From NCBI GenBank assembly GCA_029717555.1, contig JAMDHS010000031.1, positions 62,001-126,000 on the forward strand: 64,000 nt of DNA, in the 5' to 3' direction. Positions 1 to 11,373 of this stretch are shown piece by piece (positions within the stretch are counted from its first letter, which is position 1; each line of letters starts with the position of its first letter). A program made the translations under genes and the position numbers. Origin of the DNA: Peribolospora baueri. Its lineage: Eukaryota. The notes beneath the pieces are model-generated. The model was not told where the DNA came from. It ran no database searches and saw only the letters and a program-made list of their open reading frames with translations.

Positions 1-268
1 TGGCCTTGGAGCTCGTCCGCTGGCGAGTGGTCCGTGACCAGGAGAAGGGATTATGAGCGCGTCGGACGACGTTCAGATAATGTACACGGTGCACGTTGCG
101 CACTCGGGACGACCAAGTTGCCCAAAGCAAAAAGCTGTGAACATGTGATCACGGATGGGAGGCAGAATAAGAGACAGAGAACGATTCTATCCAAGCTAGT
201 TCCATGTCCTTTTTTTTTTCCTTTCCATGCTCTCATGGTTCCGTCCGTTCGTCCGTTCGAGTCGCCCC

Positions 269-2210
269 TTAGAGCTTGCTCTTGCCGGCCGGAAGCCCAT
301 CTCCTCCAGCAGCGACAGGCCACTTCCCTGGCAGCCCGTCCCTCTTCCTCGCGTCCTCCACCTCCTGAACGATCTGGTCAGAAATGAACAGATCGAGCCC
401 GAGCTCGTCCATAGGTACGGTGGCAAACTTCGCAAGTTCGGCATTGGTCAGGCGGGACGGCGTGACGGTGGGAGAGGGGTGCGGCCGACGGAGGTAGAGC
501 TCGTCGATGAGGAAGTTGCCACTGAGGAGGGGGAGAACGGAAGAGATGAGAGAAACGGAAAGAGATTCATGTTCAGTCGACGAAATTCGCAAGCGGTGGC
601 CAAAACCCGCGCGTTCACGACGACGACGACGGCGGCGGTGCGACTGACCTGAACGTCTTCGCGTCCTCCTTGAAGATGCGCACCGCCGCTTCGGCCATGA
701 TCTCCGGCGCGCGGTGCTTTTCCGGCTTTCCGGAAGGGTCGACCAGGAGCATGGCCGACGTGCCAACGGTCGTGTAAGGCCACAGACCTGTCCGCGCGAT
801 GCGATGCGAGGGAGAAAAAAAAAAAAAAAAAAAAAAAAACGAAGGACGGATGAGCGCAAAGCCTGACTGGTGACCATCACTAACCGGCATGCTGCATTTC
901 GTTCAACGAGCGTCCGCAGCATGGACGCTCACAGTTCGCGGCGATCTCCCCACTCGTCTCCCCAGCGACGCCGAGCATGGCGAGGCTCATTGCGTACTTT
1001 GCCATCGCATACCCGGTGCAACCGGAGAAGTGCCTCTGGACGACATTGGATTGGAGTGGAGGGGAGAGAGTGAGGATGTGAGGGTTGCGTCCGGCTTCGG
1101 CCGAGGCTAGTAGGTGTGGGAGGGCGTGATGGGTGAGCATGTAGGTGCCTCGGGCGTTGATAGAGTGCATGAGGTCGAACTGAGGGACAAACAAATGAGG
1201 AGGGGTGGGGAGATGCCTTCAGTCCGCGGCGTCATGCTAATCGGCGACGATGAGCGCGTGCGTGTAAACGTGAACTTACCGACTTCATCGGCAGGGTCTC
1301 AGCTGGCTGGAGGTTAATAGCCGAGGCCTGCAGGAAGGAAGAACGGTGGAAATCTGGGTCAGTCAAACGAAGCGCCACCCCGCCCCCGCTTCTCCTCTCC
1401 ACCCCAGCCGATGCGCGCGCACACACACGTTGTTGATCAATATATCGAGCCCGCCGAAGCGCTCTACGGTCTTGGCGATAGCTTCTTTGACGGCCTCTTC
1501 CGAGCGCACGTCGACTTGCAGAGCGAGCGCCTTTCCACCCGCGCGCTCGATCTCTGCGGCGGCGGTGTGGATCGTGCCGGGAAGCTGAGAGAAGTCGGAA
1601 ACGGAAGACGGTAGGAAGGGAGATGTGACAGAGGTGGCGAACAGGGCGCGTGAGTAGGAGATCCGAGTCGGACAGACTCACTGGACCGACAGCTTAGTCG
1701 GTACTCGTCCTCCAGTGCCCCCTCCCCTTATCTCCGTTCGTCATGCTCACCTTGGGATGCGGCTCAGCGCTGTCCTCGACAAAAATGGGGGCCGGAGGGG
1801 AATATGCAAAGGATGGAAAGATGAGCAGCGAGGGGCGAGTAGGCTTCGATCCACCTGTCGGACTCATTCATCATTCGGTCGAGCCGTGGCCGACGGCGTC
1901 GGCCCCGGCCATCAACCTCTCTCCCACGCAGCATCCGACCCGTTCGCCCGCCCAACATGCAGCACGCACGCCCTCTCCCTCTCTCTCCTCCACGCCGCCG
2001 CCATTGTTCTGACCGACACGGGGAAAACACAAACTCGACTCACGTCTTGGCAGCGACGACCACGTTGGCGCCCTCCCTGGCGAGGCCCAGCCCGATCGCC
2101 AGGCCTATACCTCTGGAGGCGCCAGAGATGAAAGCGGTCCTGCCTTTCAGGGACGCCGATGCACTTGCCGAGGCGGCAGAGGCGGCGTGGCGGATAGGAG
2201 AGGCGAGCAT
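269..2210 (-). CDS. Short-chain dehydrogenase/reductase, HSDL2-like, with C-terminal PTS1 (SKL)
   Basis: Spliced ORF MLASPIRHAAS...AFISGASRGIG...VAAKT|AEPHPK|LPGTIHTAAAEIERAGGKAL...LINN|ASAI...YAMAK (YxxxK)...NCLWPYT...GKSKL*. Includes a 19-nt microexon at 1751-1769. All junctions are GT-AG and in frame. Confidence 0.9.
815..839. repeat. Poly(A) run of 25 nt (poly-T on the coding strand, inside an SDR intron)
   Basis: Seen directly in the sequence. Confidence 0.95.
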
Positions 2211-3245
2211 GATGAGAGGGGGGGGGTGGAAGGTAAGAGAGAGGCCTCGGAAGAGTTGTCCGAGAGGTCAACGAACAACGGCGATCGTGTCCGGCAAGTC
2301 GTTCTTGTACTCACGCGGGACCTGATGCGCTCTCGCCCGTGATACCACTTCCCTTCCTTCTCCCTTGCATGCTAGACCACCCCCAACCCTCTCAGGCGTT
2401 CTCTCTCCGATTCGGGAGCGCTCCACCCGTCCTCCTCCCCCACACTCCCATCATCCCCCACAGCCCCATCTCTCAGCTTCGTGAAAGAAGTCTCGCAAGT
2501 CGGGCAATCGGAGCCGCCTCGGTCCGGCCCGACGAAGAAGCCGGTATTCCGAGCCACGCGATCGCGGGCCAACCAAAGAAGCGGTCTCTCCCGTTCCTCT
2601 CCTCACATCCCTGGCTCCTCCCGTTCTCCTCTTTACCGATAAATACGGCACTCGTGCTCTCAGCGCAGTGCAACTGGCCCTGCTTGCGGTGTTTGGCGCA
2701 ATGGTAGACGGGTTGCATGCGACTATGCAGCGGCTGTGGGCACTTACGGAAACGACGCAAGAGAACAGAAGCGGGCGGGGAAGGGCAAATAAGGAAGCCT
2801 GGAAGAGGGGATTACACTAGTGGGAGGAGAGCGCTTGATGGAAGATGTCATCTCCTGCTGCGACCGAGGCGGAGGGAGGGCGGGAAGGAGCGAGGCAGAA
2901 GGGCAGGCGGGCGGGGCGAGGAGGCAAGCAGGCGAGGAAGAGGAGGGCGGGGGGAAGGCAAAGCAAAGTCTGACAAGGGCTGGACGATATGCTTTGCGGA
3001 AGGTGGCGCGAAACCCGTGACGAAGAGACGATTAGGGAGCTATGATAAAGAAAAGAGAAGGAAGAGGAGAGGAGAAAAGAGGAGAAAAGAGGATAGGAGA
3101 GAACAGGGAGAACATTTTGTGTCCCCTGCCAGCCTTGACGAACGACGACCAAACGACCGACGACGGTGGCGATCTACCATGCCATACCACATCACTTCAG
3201 GTTGGGTCACACCGCGCCCCATGATGTCGCATCCTGCGGTCTGGC

Positions 3246-5129
3246 TCAAAGCGCTCCGGCGACGACGCTGACAAGGAGGGCGGCGCCGAGTGGGACGATC
3301 TGCATGCTGACTTTGGCGTTGCCGGTGGCACCGTTGGATGCTCGGTTGGAGGAGGTCGAGCCGGAGCCAGAGCCGGAGCGTTCTGGGCCGCCCGAAGAGG
3401 AAGGCGAGGCGGCGGAGGAAGAGGTGGGCGCGGCGGCGGTGGAGGAGGCGTGTGGCGTTGTCGTGGCCGTGGCGACGTATCTGAGTGTCGGGGGAGAAAG
3501 GGCTGTGAGTGAGAAAGGAAGACGGTCATCTCCATCTTCCCAGCTTCCACCCGTCCTCCACACTCACGCGACGCTCATACTGCTGACCACCTGGTCCGCC
3601 AGCGTAACGTTGCCGACCGCCTGAGGCGGCGGCACGTCGACCCATCCACACGTGCCGAGCTGGGTGAAGTAGTAGTAGTTGTCTTCGAGAGCGCCGCCGC
3701 CGGCGCAGGTGGAATTCTCCGAGTTATACCAGCAGTTTTCGAACTGCATACCATAGGTGTTGTTGTAGTCCCAGATGTGCTGCAGAGGGAACGGAAAAAG
3801 GTGAGCGTGGAGGAGAGGTGGAAAGACAGAACGGCGTAGTAGGACGACGACGAGACGGGCGCTCACGATACCGGTATTGGTGAAGGTGTAATTCTCGCTG
3901 AAGGGGATGACCGTCGGCACCGAGTCTTCGTTGGCGACGACGCGCTGTCCGGACTCGCTGATATGGGGAAGAAGAAAGAAACGACGGAGAGCAAGGAAGG
4001 AAGCGGGGAGGGTGAAAAGATATGATATGAGACAGAGGATGGATGACTAGATGGATGCATGAACTGCCGCTCACCCCTCGAAGAGCTTGTTGTAGGCGCT
4101 CGCAGCCGCTGGATTGAACACTCGGGGACTGCGAGGGGGGCACAGCGAAGCGGTCGATGAGCGTATGTGGAGGATGACAAATGAAGAGCACGATCGCTGC
4201 CGCACTCACGCTCCCTGATTATGGCTATAGTGCACCAAGCCCCTGTAGCCGAGATCCAAGGCTGCAATCTGGGCAACGGCGCCTCCGAAAGCATGTCCGG
4301 TGACAGAGAACTTGTGTCCCGTGGATACGACAGCGGCTTTGGCGTCCGCCCAGTCGTTTGTCGCGTTGCGGGCTTCTAGGTACATCTGGAGGGCGACTGA
4401 GTGGGCGGTGCAGCTGCCGCAGTTGCCAATGTTTAGGGGTGCGACTGGGGGAAGAGGGGTGGTGGTGAGCGAGGGAGAGAAGACAGCGATGGAAGGGAAA
4501 GAGAAAGGGGATGCTCACGGGAAGCCGGGGTGTGGTCGCTGACATGTTAAGCCGAGGGAGACGAGGCGACCATGGGAGTGGGTCAGTTGAGAAGAGAGGC
4601 GATGAAAGAAAAGGGAAGGGAGGGGGACTCGACTCGATTTGACTCACAAGTTCTCCCACCCGTACATGCCCTTGAACACGATTACGACCTTGTCCATGGT
4701 CGGCACAATGACTTGATAGCCCTCGAGTCCGGAAGGAGTGGAGAAGTCGCCTATGGGCGTCCAGTTGCCGGCGCCGGCGAAGGCGGTTTGGGGACAAAGA
4801 GTGTTATAGTCTCCGTAGGCGGCCATGGAGAGCCAGCAGTGGAAACGGGCGTGGTACTGGGGATGGGCGGAGGAGACGAAAGGTTCGAGATGAGCTGAGT
4901 TGCGCTCTTCCCTGTGCTCCTCGTAGTTGGACGATACGGATCGGAGCGCTGCTCTCACCAGCTGATCCGGGTCATTCTGCCACCAAGGCACCGTGCTCGG
5001 GTCTACAGGTGCGGGGGCCTGACGGGGAGAGAGAGCATGAGCGTGTGACCGTGGGTCATGACCGGCAGAGGCAGCTGTGGGGGCCGCAAGGATGAGTGCG
5101 AGAGAAGAGAGGGTGGTGGATATGCGCAT
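3246..5129 (-). CDS. Secreted, probably GPI-anchored class-3 lipase-like protein, predicted catalytically inactive
   Basis: Signal peptide MRISTTLSSLALILAAP. Lipase-3 landmarks in order: LSMAAY, VVIVFKGM, CTAH, SVTGHAFGGAVAQIAALDL, GAPRVFN, RVVANEDSVP, C..SEN.TC. Ser/Thr/Gly-rich stalk and hydrophobic tail IVPLGAALLVSVVAGAL*. The exons join in frame. Confidence 0.8.
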
Positions 5130-6704
5130 GGTGGACGGGGGTGCGGGATGGAGGAGAGGAGGATGATAGAGATGCGGATGGAGAAGGCGATGGAGGAGGG
5201 AAGAAAACGTAGCGGATGATCTGGCGCCGTCGCCGTCGCCGTCGTTGTCGTTGTCGTCGTCGCAGCCTGTCCCATAAATGAGGATGAAGAGAAGGAGAGA
5301 AGGAAACTGGTGGACCGGCGGTGAGCGGCTGATTAGCGCTGACGGAGACGCCGCCGGCGAGCGTGGAGACGGAACATGTCAAGTACGGATGCAGCTCGAT
5401 CCATGGATCCGTGCTCGAGCAATGCTGCTATCGTCACAGTGCATCCTCACCGAACTCACCTGTTCACCTCGGCTCGTCCATCTCGACTTCTACCCTCTCA
5501 TCCATCTGACCTCGACAGGCGGCCACCTTGCCCTCCTCGTTCCACAAGGGCCGCCGGCACGCACGTGGCTGGCTGGCTGGCGCCGGCAATGGTCGCGTGA
5601 GGACCAGAGACGCGCCTACAGGACACGTACCGCGTCCTCGCAAGCCATGCCTAACTCCCCCCTTCTCTTCCCACCGTGCCTTGCCTCCCTCCCCATTCCT
5701 ACCTTCCTTGCGCCCTCGTCGGCTGGCCTACGCTCAAGCGGGCGACACGACGCGATGAAATCGAGCGGACGGTCCAACAGGATCGGCGCGGCTTGGCGCT
5801 GCGGCTGCAGATCGACGCCAGCCTTAGATAAGCGGGTCCCTCGTCGGAATGTCTTTCCATTGCTGCGAATATCGCTCAACATGGCCAAGCGGAGGAAGGA
5901 GCGCCACGGCTGGACGGAGCGGGAGCGCCAATCAGGCAAAGGCACGAGGACACCGCGGCAGCTTGAATATAAACGGACTTGCTCCGACTCTCGAGTCGAG
6001 CAACTTGCTAACCGCGCGTATGAACGTGCATGCCACACACGGCCACAATTCGCAGACCAGCCGGACGTGGTGCCCTCCCTTCTTCCACCCATAACCCGCT
6101 AGATGTCCATGTCCGCGTTTCAACAACGATCCTTACCAGTTCAAGATTTTGCCGCCGCCGTCTTCTTCATTTTCTTGCCTTGCCAACTCTAGCGCAGGAA
6201 GCCCCCCAGGCCGACTCGATCCGGACGTTGAGCGACTTGACCCATACGTGTGGCTTCTCTACTGATGACAGCCTCTCTCCAGGGATGAACTAGAGCGTCA
6301 TTTTTGTAACCTCTCAACGATGGTTCTCGGGAACGCGTGCGGAGGGCAGAGGAAAGAAGTCAGAGTCGGAGATGGCGCCCCAGAGATCCCGTCACTCGAA
6401 CGCTAACACGCCGTCGATAGCAATGGTCCAGTCCAGCAAACGCAAACGATGATAGAGGAAAGGTACAAACGATGCACAGTCCATGCTGGCGAATACTTAA
6501 AGCGACACACCAGGCGGGCGAGGTGTTGGCAAGGTTATGTGGAAGGCGGTTGAAGGAATGGTGCCCACGGGCCTCGCTTGTGGGGGGTGGCCGCAGCAAC
6601 CGGCGCGGTGGTTTCTCCGCTGACGTCGTTCCGTCCCTCGATCACTCTCGGCGCGGGGGCCCAAAGGTGCGAACGCCATCAACGTCGCCCCTCGCTGGTT
6701 GACC

Positions 6705-8388
6705 ATGTCGAGCACGCTCCACGATTACGTCCAAGATCCCCATCCGCCCGACCGTCGTCTGGGCTCCACTAGCACGAACACGCCCCCCAGCGCCATGGAC
6801 CCGTCTTCCGATCCCGAGTTCTACCGCCACCGAGACGAGGAGGATAGGAGGAGGTTGAGGATGAGAGAGCAAATGATACGGCTCCAGGTTCTCACCCCCG
6901 TCAGCGTGCTCGTCGCTCTCGGCGCCAACCTCATCTGTGCCGTCCTCGTCAAGCCGAGCATGGGTGAGTGGAGGGACCGGCTGGTGCACCATCGAGGATC
7001 TCCATGCTCACCCCGCCTCCTTCCTTTCCCTTTACCCTTCTTCTCCAGGCGACATATCTCGAAGATATCCGACGCTAATGACGCCCAAGACCGGCCTCAT
7101 CCTCATCTACTGGGCCGTCTTGTACGTCCTCGAGATCGGCTTCTGCCTTCTCTTGGTCATCGCCCGGAGGGAGGAGACCAAGGTGGGCGGCGAGACAGCG
7201 AACGAGCGAGCGGCGTCCGGCGTCCGGCGTCCGGCGTCCGGCGCGGTCTGAAGCTATCCATGATGCCTCCACTCATCTTTTCTCCGCATTTTTTTTTCAT
7301 TCCCGTTTTCTCTCTCTCCGTCTTTCCACCTCTAGGCGGCAATCGTCAAAGCCGTCGGGCTGCGCTTCGCTCTCGCCCAATGGGTCATGGCCGCGTGGGC
7401 GGTGTTCTGGGTAGGCATCGACACATCACCGGGGCTATGGAGGTGAAATGCGCTGACTGACGGACGATCCGCCGGTCGTGCATGCCTCTCTCCTTTCTCT
7501 TCGCCGCCACTCACAGACGCTCGAGTTTTTCAAAACGTCTGCGGTGTTCCTCCTGATCAACCTGGTTATCTTTATCACCATCTACCTCGGCTTGACGGTG
7601 TGGTACCCTCCGAGCGCTCGTAGGCCGCTCGACTGGCTCTTCATCCACGTACCCATGAAGTGAGTCAGTCGTCTCGCTCCTCATCGTCATTGGCCGGAGA
7701 AACGGAAGTGAGGGAATCTAGTCTGACACGATATTGTCCTGCACCCTGGTACGCTCGCTCGCAGGATGTATCTTGTCATCCTCCTCGCTGTTCAGTTTTG
7801 GCACAACGGACAAATTGCACTCGGCTGGGTCGCCAAGGACGAGCGGAGGTGAGTGGGTTTTGTCTATATTTATATCCGAACTTGCGGTGCGGGAATGGAG
7901 AGCGACGCCATATCCGTCCTCAGACGTTCCTTCTTCCTTCCCACCCCCTCTTCCTCCGATGTCTATCACATCCCCCGACGTCACTCTTCTATCTGCCGCC
8001 TTCTCCTCTCGATCGCCACCGCAGCTGGGCACGCTATACCTGGCCGACGTTTGGCATTCTTCTCGGCGTTGCCATTCTCTCCTCCCTCGTCGTTCTCTTC
8101 ACCTTAGACGCCGTCTGGACCCTGTCGGTTGTCTACCTCTATGCCGCTCTCCTCGCAAGGGGCGACAAGCCGGCGCCCGTGTTTGCCGCCATCATCCTTG
8201 GTCTCGTCCTGACCCCCGTGTGCTGGTTGGCCGGCATGGGGTGGAAGAGACTGAAGAAGAGGAGGGAGGGGAGGGTCGCCTTGCCTGTGGATGATGAAGC
8301 GGAGGAGGAGGCGACAGCGTCGGCGGCGGCGAGGGAGGAGCAGAACCATCACAGGCGGGCGCAGAGGTTTGCAGACGATCGCGACTGA
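6705..8388 (+). CDS. Multi-pass fungal membrane protein, DUF1774-like
   Basis: Spliced ORF with about 7-8 hydrophobic segments (QVLTPVSVLVAL, YPTLMTP..LILIYWAVLYVLEIGFC, VGLRFALAQW, PLDWLFIHVPMK...). The family assignment is from memory. Confidence 0.65.
7211..7243. repeat. (CGGCGTC) x ~4.5 tandem repeat in an intron
   Basis: Seen directly in the sequence. Confidence 0.85.
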
Positions 8389-9020
8389 CCGACCGACCGA
8401 TCGCCGAGACGGCGTGGCGCTTCGCGAGACATCCGACTCGGAAACTTGGGACTTGGGGGCCAGGCCAGGCCAGGCGAGGCGGGCAATGATAAGGATGCCC
8501 CGGAGCGCCGCTCTTGCCGAGGCCCAAGAGGCGAGGGGCAACGCCGCCCTGCCGTGCCGTGTAAGACAGAGAGCGAGCTGAGTGAAGGAGGCTTCCTGTA
8601 TATGTATGTGTGTATGTATGTATGTGTGTATGTCCATCTGTCCGTCTTCCGGTCCGTCTATCCAACGCTTTTTTTCTTGTTCTTCCCTTTCGCCCGATCA
8701 TCTGGTCTCACTGGAGCCGCCAGGGAACGAAAGCGCACGAGAAGAAAAAGAGTCCATTGGTGTCGGCGTCCGTCAGAGCGAGTCCCTCGTGGGACGGTCG
8801 ACGGTACAGTATCATAGTGTACGTACAGGTAAGGGACGGGACGAGACGGGATGGGACGGAACAGAACAAAACGGAACGGAACGGGAGGGGACGGGAGGCG
8901 AGGGGCTAGAGATAAAGGGAGGAAGAAGAATGGATAGGGAGAGACGTGAATCGTGAAGGGCGAGGTGAAGAGATGGGCTGGGAGAGGTCGTGTCGCGATG
9001 GGGAGGGAGGATCGAGCCAT

Positions 9021-9766
9021 TTAGTTGCTGGAGTGGGGGAGGGGAGAAGCGAGAAGCAGGGGAGGAGGGTTAGGGTCAGATTCGAGGAAGAGCGGACGAG
9101 GGGACCATCGACGAAAGCGATAACTCACAGGAGGCTGAGGGTGACGTCTCCGTGGGCCTGAGAAGGAGGAGAGGGAGAGGGGCGCGGCGAAAACAGAAAC
9201 GGAAACGAAACGACGGTCGGTTCGGTCAGGTCAGCCCCGGCTGGCCAGCCTGGCTTCGTTCTCTCGAGCGCGCTCAACGTCTCTTTGCCGTACCTTGATT
9301 CGGAGTTCGAGTTCTGAAGAGGGAGGAGGGAAAGGAAAGAAGGATGCGCCCCGATGAATGGGTGAGCGAGGAGAAGCGGATTTGCGGAAGACAGACGAAC
9401 GAGTGGATGATAAGTGCGGCTCACCGATGTCGAGGTTGACGCTGGACAGGGAAAGGGGGAGTGAGCAAAAACAGAGAGAAGGAAAATAAAACAGCACGTT
9501 CAGCCACCAGCCATCCCCACCGTTGACGGTCGCGGCACTGACTCGAGACGCAAGCTGAGCGTGTCCCTCTTGTTATCGCTACTACTCTTTTGATGGAGCT
9601 CGATCTTCTCTTCAATAGACTGCGCGACGGGTTTGATGTATGGCTGCTGCTGCTGCTGCTGGTTTGACTGAGCGACCTGCTTGTTCGCTGTGTCATCCTG
9701 GTTCAGCTGTTGGTGCACTGGGTTCTGCGTCTGCGTGCGCTCGGCGGTGGCGGCGAGGTTGGACAT
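9021..9766 (-). CDS. Small Gln-rich protein (~98 aa) ending DTLSLRLDVNLDIELELRIKAHGDVTLSLL(N); paralogue A
   Basis: Exons 9766-9543, 9441-9425 (17 nt), 9313-9294 (20 nt), 9157-9129 (29 nt), 9027-9021 (7 nt); total 297 nt, all GT-AG. If the last intron is retained, the protein stops at 9125. Confidence 0.8.
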
Positions 9767-10221
9767 GGTTGCGAGCGGACGGGCGGTAGAGTGAAGAAGG
9801 CGAAGGCGAGCGGGTTGGCAGACAGCGGGCAGTTGCGGTGATCGTAAATACAGTTGAAGGGTGCAGTGCAGGTTGGAAAACGAGGAAGACCGTCTTCTTT
9901 GTCCCTCCTTTGGCTTTTGTGGATCGCCCTCCTCCTTCTATCGGTCGGAGTCGTTGTGGCCGGCGTCATAGAGCCGTCTAATGGAGCCGGCGGTCAGCAC
10001 CACGGTCGAAGGGCTCAGGGGGGGCGAGTGTCTGACGACATGGCGCATCTCGCCCGGCCGCTGCTGACGGCATTGTGCCATCTCCCCATTCCATCTCTTG
10101 TGCGGCCTCGACGGACGCGTCGGAACGATGGCGGGCTTTCACCGCCCGTCGCGGGCGATAGTTCGAACGGACGGTAAACCAAACTGGCCATGCTGAGCAG
10201 GGCGGAGAATCGGCATCGCTA

Positions 10222-10376
10222 TTAATAGTTAATGAACGGGGGCCGTCGGATATTAATGGTTAATGAACGGGGGCCGTCGGGTGTTAATGGTTAATGAACG
10301 GGGGCCGTCGGCTGTTAATGGTTAATGAACGGGGGGCCGTCGGCTGTTAATGGTTAATGAACGGGGGCCGTCGGCT
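10222..10376. repeat. Tandem array of five ~31-bp units, consensus TTAATGGTTAATGAACGGGGGCCGTCGGCTG
   Basis: Units start at 10222, 10253, 10284, 10315 and 10347. They are near-identical, with no unique spacers. Confidence 0.95.
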
Positions 10377-10377
10377 C

Positions 10378-10385
10378 TGACGTCA
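10378..10385. promoter_or_regulatory. CRE/ATF-type palindrome TGACGTCA
   Basis: Perfect consensus 1 nt after the array, within the divergent intergenic region. Function is inferred. Confidence 0.45.
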
Positions 10386-10626
10386 TCGTCTAACCCTTAT
10401 CGCTCATCGCGTCTCGTACTGCTCACCATCAGCGGAGAATAGGACGGAGGAGAGAGAGGGAGAGAGAGCAAGAGAGAGAGGAGAAAGTGCGTGACAGACG
10501 ATACGAACGAACGACAGTGGCCGACCTACCTTACGCTCCCATGACGCTCACCCTCATCTCACCCGCTATTCCGGCCGATGGACAGATACACCCACCTAGT
10601 GACGCAAAGCGGCCGTGTCCATCTCT

Positions 10627-10656
10627 TCGCCTCGCCTCGCCTCGCCTCGCCTCGCC
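10627..10656. repeat. (TCGCC)6 microsatellite
   Basis: Seen directly in the sequence. Confidence 0.9.
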
Positions 10657-10842
10657 TTGTTGCCACGACCAGGTTGGTGGCAGTGTGGTCGGCGACGACG
10701 GCGCCTTGCCACCACTTAAGATCCCAATCCGACCGGACGACCAAGCACACGACGTGCGCCACTTCCACTCATTCCTCCACCACCTCGTCCTTCCTTTTCC
10801 CATCCAGACCAGCCAGCCAACGGAGCCAGCCAACCGCCTGCC

Positions 10843-11373
10843 ATGTCCGAAAACCAGAACTGGAACAGTCCCGGCTCTCCCTTCGAGGATGAGCATTATG
10901 CGGATACCAGCCAGTATAGCCAGGAGGATGAGCAGCAAACCGAGCAAGAGTCTCATCAGCAGTCGTTGCCGCGACAGCCCTCCCAACCTACCCCGAAGCA
11001 GCAGCGCCAAGCGCCCACGCAAGAAGAAAAGCTTAAGGGCGGCCCGGACCTCAAGGCCGCTGGTGGTGGCACCGATGCTGCTGGCCAGGTCGTGTCTGGC
11101 GCCGCCAATACGGCCGGCAAGACGGTAGACACAGTGGGAAAGACGGCCACTGGCGTGGTCGGAAACGTGGCCAAGAGCGATGAGGGTGGGAGCGGAAACG
11201 ACAAACCGATGAGTCTCAAGCTGACATTGGATCTCGATGTCGAGGTGAGCGGCACGACGTCCGTGCTCGTTCAAACGCACTGCTCATGCTCACCACGCCC
11301 AATTGTCCGGCACTCATCCCAGTTGACCCTCCGCGCCACCATCCACGGAGACGTGACCCTGAGCCTCTTGTGA
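10843..11373 (+). CDS. Small hydrophilic (Gln-rich, LEA-like) protein ending MSLKLTLDLDVELTLRATIHGDVTLSLL; paralogue B
   Basis: Exon 10843-11244, intron 11245-11322, exon 11323-11373. A further intron (11370-11504) and 7-nt last exon (11505-11511) are possible. Confidence 0.8.
   Translation: MSENQNWNSPGSPFEDEHYADTSQYSQEDEQQTEQESHQQSLPRQPSQPTPKQQRQAPTQEEKLKGGPDLKAAGGGTDAAGQVVSGAANTAGKTVDTVGKTATGVVGNVAKSDEGGSGNDKPMSLKLTLDLDVEVSGTTSVLVQTHCSCSPRPIVRHSSQLTLRATIHGDVTLSLL

Noticed and set aside
5278..6293. ORFs of 274 aa and 87 aa and a signal-peptide-like stretch near 6100-6290
   Set aside because: No recognisable motif or consistent exon chain; long spurious ORFs are expected at this GC content.
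9067..9078. Telomere-like AGGGTTAGGG/CTAACCCT here and near 10390, 13356 and 15512 (interstitial telomere or telomerase template)
   Set aside because: Each has fewer than two full repeats. This one coincides with an intron branch point (CTAAC) and another lies in coding sequence.
10222..10376. CRISPR-like appearance of the 31-bp array
   Set aside because: The units are head-to-tail with no unique spacers, there are no cas genes, and the context is eukaryotic.
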